DNA of 64,000 nt from Balanoglossus misakiensis (taxonomy: Eukaryota > Animalia > Hemichordata), in contig CM082578.2 in NCBI GenBank assembly GCA_040954595.2, forward strand, positions 4,632,831-4,696,830, written 5' to 3'. The translations under genes and the position numbers were made by a program. This document shows, piece by piece, positions 55,301 to 64,000 of this stretch (within the stretch, counting starts at the first letter, position 1; every line of letters begins with the position of its first letter). The notes under the pieces were generated by a model that worked only from the letters and a program-made list of their open reading frames with translations, did no database searches and had not been told where the DNA came from.

Positions 55301-58026
55301 CTATAATTATTTCAAAGTACTACATTACCGGGATGAATTTTAATGTTCTGTCAAAATTTGATAGTCATGAATGAAATAGGTGATCCAAATATCGGGGACG
55401 TGCGCGTTCGTTTGGCTGTCGGTGCAGTATCTGCGATGATGACTGTTCAAACACGTTTTTCCCGATAATATTCAATGGCGTGACATCTCTTCGCCCTATC
55501 AAATCATTTCAAGTCCTTAGTGTGATAACGTTGCGGCGGATAGGTGTATGCTGTCTACAATTAACCCACGGCTCGTAACCATTGACCTAAACTGGGTTAT
55601 TAACAGTGTCTGTTTTGTGTACCAGTGGGTGTCGACGACATTGATATGCAAATGAGAGAGTTGAGCTTTATTTATACAAAAAAACTAAACGTTTAAACAT
55701 AAAAAACTTACAAAACACCGACTGAGTTTGATGTTGATAGATAAGGAATGAAGCGCAATACTAACCCAGCAGCCAGAATATGTACATTGTGTGTAAGCAG
55801 GGTGTTGATGTTGAAGATGATGAGGACCATGATTTTCTGTCGATCTGCCCACTGATAAACTTCGAAAACAGTACTTACCCCAGGACGTACATGTAATAAA
55901 TTACCCTATTTTTGCAGATTTACCAATCTTTTGTCCTCCACAAACACGAACACGTCATCTATGAACCTAAGACATATTCTGAAAAATATAAAATGACCAA
56001 AATCGTATATTTTCCTACCTTCCTATATCATAGTTCTGAATCATGTAAACGGAACCACACAATTATTTGGGGGCGGGGCATTACTGAATGAAGTGCTTAT
56101 TGCGATCTGTTCGTCCAAGAGAGTGAATGACCGCACTCTTTTCAATTTTGGAGTAATTGTAACTCAAGTCAAGGCGGCCTTAGCACTTTTGCAGACCAAT
56201 TAGCAAGTTGAGTATCTTATTGACTGACTCTCATTTTGTTCCGTGTTCAAATAATTAGTATTTATTTATTTATTTATTGTCCTCTGTATTACCTATGTAT
56301 ATAGAGAGTGACAATGACAAGCTTTGCGAAATGTTTATGCCTGGATACATTTTTCCTCAAATCTTCAAAGTTTATCTCGAAATTCTAGCGCAGTACTCGA
56401 TTTTCAGTCGTATCTGACACACACAGCTGTCCGTGGGCCGATAGACAAATCCCCGAGGTGAGCGCTAGCGTCCCAACCGCCCCATATCTGATCCAGCGGG
56501 TGTCGATAGGTATAATTACGTACCTGCAGTAACAAAAAGTATTCCTTCGAAAAGAGCCCTGAAATAAAAGAGGTACATAATATCACTGCAAAGATTAAGC
56601 AAACGTACTTTCTCATCAACCCAGCCGTAGGGTTGTCCTAGTTACGCCCTGTTTTGTCAGAGTAATCCCATCGCTATAGGCCTGGCCTAACGAAGAACAA
56701 AATCATTCCAAATGAAAGAGGGGAAAATACATGTACTTTCGTCGGAAGCAGATCTTTAAATGCGTGTTTGCTTCTCAATTCTAAAGCCGTTTTTTTTTCC
56801 TTTCAGATGGGAGTTATGGAGAATTCATGATAATAGGGGCAATTTCAGCGACCATTCTTGTGTTCGTGATACTTGTTTTCTTTCTCTGCGTCGCCTGGGG
56901 TTCAAATAAAAACCGAGCAAGAAATCGACTGCAGACGATAAGTAGCGGCATCCATTTCGGTAAGGCCAACGGATCACATCTGCCTGTCGTTGAAAACGAC
57001 ACTCAACCATTCATGACGTCGAGTAGAAATTGGAAACTCAATATAGGAACTGTCATGGCATATGTCCGCGGCGGCGCGGATAATCGTAAATTTCCTTCTA
57101 CCAGGAGCGCAAATGATGCATACACTTTGCAACCAATTCTGCTCTTAATAGATTTTTGTTATCTATTTGGTTATTGACTTTTTCCGTTGTCTTACACAGG
57201 CAGAGGAAGAGATGATAGATCTTCAGAAAATCACTCATCCGACATAAATATTGAGTTAATGAATCTGGGATCGCCTGGCGGGCCACAACCACCCCCCTAC
57301 TCAGTGGAACCACCCACATACGACGGCATAGTCGGTGATGCAGAATCGACGACATTGGACGGAAACAGAACAACTATGACAACAAGAACGAGTCAACCTG
57401 TCACAAGACTCTTACGTCCCCCTTTGACGAGTGTGTCGCGTGACCAACGCAACGTACCGCCTGAGGGCGCCATCGTTCGAGAAATGCCACCATGTGGCCG
57501 GCTGCGAGTTCCCTCCGATGAAATAATACTCGGGGGAAACGCGCACTTTGATTCGGGTCAAAACGTTGTTGTACTTCGTGGGAATGACGATCTTGCATTC
57601 TGTGTTCTTACCAGTGTGACAGACGTGGACTATGACGGGTGTGAGTCAGCTGAGGGGAGCACAATCTCACCGAGGAGGCCCAGTCCCGAGACTGGCCAAA
57701 ATGAACCACCAATGACTACCGACATTAGCCAAAATGGGCCAGCAATTACGCAAATGCAAAACTCACATCAGGGTGCAACCTGTCTTAGTCCAAATGCAGG
57801 ACTTGGTGAAGTGAACAATAATATTACTAATGCCAACGACCAAAATGCCATGTTGAGATCAAGTGGGTGTGCTGCCACCCAGTTATGCAATGTCTCTTGC
57901 GACCATGGCAACAGTGCAGCCGAGGAAGTAGCCACCATTGATGCAACTGTACGTCACAGAAATACGGACATCCAAATTCAGGCAAATAGAAGAGATCACC
58001 CAGAAGAAATCACAATACATATATAA
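49223..58026 (+). CDS. Gene C: SP-CUB-CUB(divergent)-LDLa-EGF-TM-tail with two PY motifs (691 aa); NETO/LRP10-12-like architecture plus an EGF
   Basis: join(49223-49310, 50366-50580, 51527-51710, 52345-52494, 52966-53172, 53702-53842, 54685-54795, 56807-56959, 57200-58026). All introns are GT-AG and phase-compatible; 2076 nt. Confidence 0.88.
50366..50580 (+). CDS. Gene C CUB1 N-terminal half ([30 protein letters not shown])
   Basis: Canonical CUB motifs SPNFP, C-x-Y/W-x-I, F..FxLE; splice sites tttcag| and |GTAGGT. Confidence 0.9.
51527..51710 (+). CDS. Gene C CUB1 C-terminal half ([25 protein letters not shown]...PGF)
   Basis: CUB motifs YCG..P..S....F...GF; the phase 0 start matches the previous exon; donor G|GTAAGG. 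Confidence 0.9.
52345..52494 (+). CDS. Gene C CUB2-like N-terminal half ([27 protein letters not shown])
   Basis: Cys-less CUB-like W-I..I.L....F pattern; phase 1-1, 150 nt. Confidence 0.82.
52966..53172 (+). CDS. Gene C CUB2-like C-terminal half (LNILDG...[10 protein letters not shown]...FASY)
   Basis: CUB motifs L.I.DG, S.GN.M.V.; phase 1-1, 207 nt. Confidence 0.85.
53702..53842 (+). CDS. Gene C LDL-receptor class A repeat ([39 protein letters not shown])
   Basis: Full LDLa consensus FxC...CI....CDG..xC.D.SDE..C; donor G|GTAAGT. Confidence 0.95.
53965..54033. repeat. Short hairpin/mini-TIR element in a gene C intron
   Basis: atcccaagcagaaaggggtcttatgg ... ccataagaccccttttctgcttgggat. Confidence 0.75.
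54323..54542. mobile_element. PIF/Harbinger-like MITE family H1, copy 2
   Basis: TTA|GGCAAAA...TTTTGGCC|TTA (3-bp TTA duplication); similar to 5629-5907. Confidence 0.75.
54685..54795 (+). CDS. Gene C EGF exon ([35 protein letters not shown])
   Basis: Six-Cys EGF; acceptor cattcttgtgtag|; phase 1-1, 111 nt. Confidence 0.9.
   Translation, partial: TVVTILAASITGHVILAQEDVIVRVVGTVIVVRSAS
56807..56959 (+). CDS. Gene C TM exon ([25 protein letters not shown] followed by NKNRARNR)
   Basis: Hydrophobic helix with basic flank; acceptor ttcctttcag|, donor G|GTAAGG. Confidence 0.92.
57200..58026 (+). CDS. Gene C terminal exon, disordered cytoplasmic tail with [13 protein letters not shown], ending EEITIHI*
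   Basis: Longest ORF in the window (57187-58026); phase-1 acceptor cttacacag|. Confidence 0.88.
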
Positions 58027-58333
58027 CTTGACGGCATTTAACATTCGCCTAAGGTACAAGCAGCGTTTATTAATATGAACGGTATGTACTTTAGAGGACG
58101 ACAGCTTCCGTGAAGTGCTACTCATTGTACGTGTGATAGCTGCCGGGGTTGGCTGTGAAGTTTCACTGTGAGGACAACGCATGCGCAGATTTATGATTTG
58201 CTTCTAATGGACAGCTTGATCAACTTGACACACATCGTATACATTTACTGTGAACACATAAACGTTCAAGCTTGCCGACAACCTTCAAAAGTTCTGTTAC
58301 AGTACAACCGCCGTAATTCAAGATGAGTGTTAA

Positions 58334-58669
58334 AGGAACAAAATCTCTCTCTCGCTGCCCCTTTACCATTAATTATGTTTGATACAATCCACCGCTTATG
58401 TTATTCTACATGTGAATATATAGTGAATCAACGTTCGACCGCACACAACTTCCTTCCCACTTGTATGATATGAGAGTAAAAACTCGCCCAAAATGAATAA
58501 ATGGTAGAGACCGATTATTCATTTTGGCGAGTTTTTCTTCACTCTCCTGTCCACAAGTGGGATGGAAGTTATCTGTGATCGAACATTGATCCACATGTAG
58601 AATAACATAAACGGTGTCTTTTATCAAACATAATTAATGAAAAAAGGCGGCGAGAGAGACTTTGTCCCT
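58334..58669. mobile_element. TTAA-flanked MITE family K, copy 4, about 300 nt after the gene C stop codon
   Basis: Same TIRs and TTAA; interior highly similar to copy 1. Confidence 0.85.
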
Positions 58670-60037
58670 TTAAGGTTCGGTGTAAGGCGTTATTTTAGAA
58701 GTTGAAGTTGATTTGCAGTGGCGATAACCGTTAACTTAACACGACATGATATCGAGACTCAGATTTACAGTTGTGGAGATTTACACTTGTCGAAAAGCGC
58801 ATATCAATGCAAACAATTTGAAATCGTTTTTTATCTATGCAATATACCAATGAGAATTGAGGAAAGTGTTGTGAACTAAATGCAAATTTGTAATCAAGAA
58901 TGACGTCACGCCGCCGTCGAATTACAGCACGTCGTGATACAAGTATATCATTTTGCCAGTTCGATATTTGCCGATTTTTTTCTCGAGTTTTATTAATGTA
59001 AGTTCTATGATACACGGGTCTGTTAAGACTTTGAGTCTGGCTCAAAAGAAGACTTCCGAATTATTCTATAGCTACGAAGAGATGATGGCGCATTTAGTTA
59101 ATATTGAAGAATTTCATATTAAATGCCGCTGCGCCGGGAAAGGTGCGACTTATTATGACCTCTGCTTGATCCGTGCCCTTTGACCCGTGCAATAGAATGG
59201 CCTTTTCCATCAAAATGCAATGAAATAGAATGTAATTGTCCAGCAGTTTTAAAATTACCTGTAACCGGGGGGTTCCGCGCCCGTCGGTGACACAAAGGAA
59301 AAGTGGGTACTCATGCGTGTTCCCCAAGAAAACCCGGAGGTCAGACGATTTAGTTTTTTATTCATGATCATGAGACACCTCTAAAAATCGACAGCAAGGT
59401 GATGTAAGGATTACATCACCTTGGAATGCTGAATACTGTCTCGCTGTAACCGGGGGGGGGGGGGGGGTTCATGAACGCTGCCATCAGGTGGCCACTAATT
59501 TAATTAAACACAGTGCGGCATTCAGCTCACTGTAAACCATCACTATTTTATTTTCTGTCCTCCAGGATTTTTGGGTTGTTTTTTGTCCAATTTAAAAAAT
59601 AATGGTGTAAATTTGTTGAAACTACCGTCCGTGAAAGGGTTATCTTGAAATGTGACGGGAACAATCGTGGATGCCCCCCCCCCCCCCCCCGGAGTACCAT
59701 CACATCGTTTAATCTACAGACAGGCACATTTTCTTGCCAGTATATATGGGAAATCTTTGATTCCATTATTTGTGAATTCTCTGTATGTTTTCATGACTGA
59801 AAATAAAACAAGTGGACACTTCATCAAATGCGTGTTGTAATAATAGCAGCAGCAGTACAATTTATTCATACCATTGCTACTGTATGGTCAACTGGGTTTT
59901 GCAGTGGTCAATTTTGCGTCGGTACTATCCCATTTCGCGTTCATTACGCGTGTTTTGGTTGAAGTTTATTTATACACAAGAGACTGAGAGGTTCAGTCGC
60001 GTGCGGGCGCTCTGCCAACGACACTGAGGGTAGGATC

Positions 60038-60206
60038 TAGACTCTCTCACAGCCCACAGTTCGCTACAGGCTCTTCACTGACGGCCCTCAACTGTTTAGC
60101 AAAGGAGAAGCCCCATATGGTGTTGTGTAGCGAACCTCTCGCCAGGCACACATGCAGTCAGACCATAAGCCTGCATGGACGGCGAGAGGGGCTGTGAGAG
60201 AGTCTA
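60038..60206. mobile_element. 169-bp TIR element with TAG...CTA termini and a 9-bp TSD (8/9 match)
   Basis: GGTAGGATC|TAGACTCTCTCACAGCCC...GGGCTGTGAGAGAGTCTA|GGTCGGATC; inner inverted repeat gttcgctaca/tgtagcgaac. Confidence 0.75.
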
Positions 60207-61989
60207 GGTCGGATCGCACCGGAGCGCCCTCACACGAATCTTTCTGTCAAATTACACAAGTTAATTGGGCTTTATTCGTCACGATTTCCTGCATGAAATC
60301 ATATGAATATATGCAAAATGTAAAAAAAAAAAAAAAAAAAAAAAACTACTTAAAGTAATTTGATATATAAATACGAACATTAGCGAAATTAGTATTATTT
60401 TAAGCACATAGCTCAGTTGAATCCCGGATGCTTTTCAGAATCTGAGAAATACAGTGAAGGGACTGTCAATTGGATGGAAGACAGTAATCTGCCACCGAAA
60501 ATTTTACATTCTCCAAAGCCAGATCGTGATTGGCAAAATGTCTCCCCCATCTGGGCTATTGGTTAAATAACCGGTTTGATTTGTGAAACCTTCAATGAAA
60601 AGTGATCACTGATTAGACATCACACTAAAATTAGAAGGAATTTTAATACTTGTCTTGAATTCAAATCCAGCAGAAGACAGGGGAGTGGGGCAATGATTCA
60701 AATCCAGCAGAATAGGGGGGGGGGGGGCATGATTGGCATAAAGTTGCCTGTAGGTTAATTCAAGGCGGTCATTTGTGGAGGGCCTTTTTTTAAACTTCAC
60801 AAAAGTTCGATTGTGGTGCACAAGCTTAAGAAGATTGGTGATGAATTCTTCAGCAAATCTCCACGTTTAGTTCTACCGACTAACTTTTTGAGTGTTTGCA
60901 TTAAAAAAAGGCCACAATTCGTTTACATTTTGTTTTCGCCAAAACTTGTGCATGCTAATTTGCATAACGCTGCTCCCAAGTTAGGTTTGGTTTGAGACAA
61001 CAGTTGAAACATTTTTGATAATTGGACAAATATCTTCTCAATCTTTGAAATTTGATTGCACCATTCTCACCGACATTTCCATATCACAATTCATGACAAA
61101 ATTGTGCTATGCAGCTTCATATAATGGCAAGTTTCACTCAGGCCTCATTGAACACAACACACTATCCAGTACACATGTTCCAAGAATTTAATAAACCAAT
61201 ATAAAAAGGGGCAATGCCTACACTGTATAAATAAAATACAGGTGCCTTTGAAGGGCTACATTTATCCATTGTACTTGAACATTAATGTTTTCACTTTTCT
61301 CCACACCTCATCACATGACTGAATACTGGTAACATCCCTAAATACAGGGTTCAAGTGCAATCTGGCATACTTCAACATAAGACTTTTTTTACAAGAGAGA
61401 ACCTGAAAAATACAGCACAAAGATTATGATGCACAAAAATTGTCTTTCTACATTCATTTTCTCGCTTTTTACACAGAGGAAAATCCATGGTGACAATGTC
61501 AGAGAAATACTCTTCTCACTGATACCTAATTGAGTAGTTGATATGCAAAACCAGTGTGAGACACTTGACCACTTAGTAGCGAAGTCATATTTATAAAAAT
61601 GTCTTGTACAAGGTTGCAGTGTATTTTCGTACACAACAAATGTACTTTAAAAACTCTGAAAAACATTTTGCTCGCTTGAAGACTACTGTCAACATTGAAT
61701 CATGATCTAGACATTAATCCCTTTTTGCAAGAACGGTGTTCATGAAAGTTCATCAATAGGGTGAATATTATTTTATTAAGCCTGGAAAAGGTAAAGGTCA
61801 GTAATAAGATGGTGCACTGCTGTTGTGAAATCGCCAATGAACAGGAGGGCTTGTGGGTGTGTGGGGTTTTTCCTTGTGAATCCATTCGGCGCAACACGCT
61901 ACATAAAGTTTGTGTAATGCCACGTGAGAAGTCCTCTCAACAAATGTTCTCACAGTGTTAGAATGTCCATCCATCTCCATCTCTCTCTC

Positions 61990-62912
61990 TCAGTCATCAA
62001 AAGTCGTCTTTTTCCCTTGGAAGTCTTGAATGCCACTTCTGGGTTTTGAAAATCCACCTGTAGATATAAGGACAGTTTGTTAGAGGTAGACATACAGAAG
62101 AGACGGGCAAAACACATCTCCAGTCTTCTTCACAACCCCCACACACAGAAACCGACTGGTTTTTAGCAAAACAATATTCAAATGCAGATTAAACCATTAT
62201 AAATCCATTTCCCTCAGATACTAACTTATTAAAATGAAGAAGGCAACAATCACAGTCAACCCCCCCCCCCCCACATACTTGCCCTGACATGGATGTTGCA
62301 CATATTTGATTATTACTATGCATGTTCAATGGTGTGTTCATACATTGCAGAAAAGACGTGTACAAACTTACCTCGACCTCCTCTACCACCACCTCGACCA
62401 CGGCCACCTGAAAAAGACGGGTAATTTTGTCAATAAACAGGTTTCATTAAGAATGGCATCAACAGGGGGAGATGTCCCCCGTTGCCAGAATATTTTGGGG
62501 GATTCCACTGGGGGAATGGCCCACCTCGAGAAACTGCCAGGGGTGCCAACATGTCAACAGGGGTGAATCACCCCGCCCCCCCCCCCCCCCCCTGTCAATA
62601 TGAAACACTGCACTTATTATAAACATAGCTACGTAACAGTGTAATGACCTTTCGCAATGCTCTGTCATTTTCTGCATGCCAAAAATCAATGGGGTACTTG
62701 TGTTTAAAGAGTTCAACTCACCTCCCCTTCCTCCTCCTCCTCGCCCGAACCCTCTTCCGCCCCCTCTTCCTCGACCACCGGGCGATCCAAATGAATTTCT
62801 TTTCTCTTGTGCAAAATCTAGTGTGACCGATCGACCATCAATTTCTGTACCCTGTAGTGAATCCTTCGCCGTCTTTGCATCATCTACACTCTCAAAATCG
62901 ACATATCCATAC
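61990..62912 (-). CDS. NCL: Nucleolin, last three coding exons (final RRM part, RGG/GAR box, C-terminal FQGKKTTFDD*); the 5' part lies beyond the window
   Basis: Exons complement(62722-62912, 62372-62407, 61990-62057). RNP1-like YGYVDF..., EIDGRSVTLDFA, RGG repeats and the nucleolin/Nsr1-type GKKT.FD terminus; all introns GT-AG and in frame. Confidence 0.9.
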
Positions 62913-63225
62913 CTGTGAGATATGCACATGGTCATTTTAGTTAGCAGTTTCAAAAATTTACATGTTAAGATCAAAGTCAATGTGCCACATAGCACAATTT
63001 TGCTACTCAAAGTTTTTAGAAGAAATACATGTATGTATTGCATGTTCCTTGTCTGCATAGGCTTATAGTTAGGGGAGTTTATATGCAACACTTTCAAAAA
63101 TGTGAAATGCAATTCTACACTCATATTGAAACATTGCTTGTCAAGATCTATGGTGATGTACGATTATTTACTAGATATTCGGTTTAATTTCAGGATTTCA
63201 ATGTACTGGCGTGGAATATTTGTAC

Positions 63226-63948
63226 TACTGTGGAATACTTTATTATCGCTGGAATATATTTTCGCGCAATGGATAAAATTGATACGTCGGCGCGACTTTA
63301 TTTTCGCGCTGATCGCTTTACATTGTCATCAGCCAAGGCGCTGTACGCCAATTGAAATTAGACGTTGACAAAGCTAAGTCGTCAAACACAAACATCACAG
63401 ACTGCCGTTAGGTGACAAACAATGCGTTTTGGGTGTCAATCAAGTCGGCAAACATTTGATTTTATTGTTTTTAACCAGTTTTAGTTATGGTGTTAATTAC
63501 AAGGTGTCGGTAATGACTGTCGGCATGTGAGTGCGTTAGTGCGTGTTCTGTGTCAGATTGACATCGACAAAGCTAAGTCGTCAAACACAAACATCACAGG
63601 CTGCTGTTAGGTGACAAACAATGCGTTTTGGGTGTCAATCAAGTCGGCAAACATTTGATTTTATTGTTTTTAACCAGTTTTAGTTATGGTGTCAATTACT
63701 AGGTGTCGATAATGACTGTCTGCATGTGAGTGCGTGAGCGTGAGTGCGTGTTCCGTGTCAGATTGTTTTCCATAGACGTAACATGCAAGTAATCAGTGGT
63801 CAAAGGTCACTGCGTCAGTCGATCTAGCTCATTAATATTCATGTCTATTGTGTTCAAAACATACCGCTAGAACAAATTTTCGCGCAAAAATTACCTCCGC
63901 GAAAGCAGCCAAAATAAATTCCACGCGAACAAAAAGTATTCCACAGTA
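63226..63948. mobile_element. TA-flanked MITE in a nucleolin intron, with an internal 199-bp tandem duplication
   Basis: Inverted ends TACTGTGGAATACTTTT / AAAAGTATTCCACAGTA; ttttcgcg subterminal motifs as in 12578-12787; duplicated unit 63367-63565 and 63566-63765. Confidence 0.8.
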
Positions 63949-64000
63949 GTCAGAGTTCACTATTCATAGCTGCAGCAGCAGAGGGAGTTCTCAGCCAAAT

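Noticed and set aside
62459-63124. 221-aa ORF taken as a single exon
   Set aside because: Only 62722-62912 is exonic; the rest is intron read-through.
62058-63225. snoRNAs in the fully visible nucleolin intron sequence
   Set aside because: No convincing box C plus box D pair, and no H/ACA two-hairpin layout, was found by eye.
1-64000. CRISPR arrays, operons, rRNA/tRNA genes, autonomous transposases
   Set aside because: Spliced eukaryotic DNA; no repeat-spacer array, cloverleaf, rRNA motif or long transposase/RT ORF was seen.

Overview
AT-rich, intron-containing animal genomic DNA (not prokaryotic; the repeat landscape suggests a marine invertebrate, possibly a deuterostome, which is inference only). 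Most ORF-track entries are spurious, so genes were rebuilt from GT-AG splice sites and phase compatibility. (1) Gene A, minus strand, 8911->1633: signal peptide, 13-aa micro-exon, two EGF exons, then a stalk exon ending in a premature stop before a frameshifted TM-like relic. (2) Gene B, minus strand, 31607->17235, 338 aa: signal peptide, 3xEGF, Cys-rich TM, tail with PPSYEEV. (3) Gene C, plus strand, 49223->58026, 691 aa: signal peptide, CUB, CUB-like, LDLa, EGF, TM, tail with PPPY and PPTY. (4) The last three coding exons of nucleolin, minus strand, 62912->61990. Possible relics of a fourth EGF-TM paralog lie at 42.3-46.3 kb. Together these form a cluster of phase-1 modular EGF receptors with PY-motif tails. 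The window also holds many non-autonomous DNA transposons (TTAA-, TTA-, TA- and 9-10-bp-TSD types), palindromes, tandem duplications and long microsatellites.
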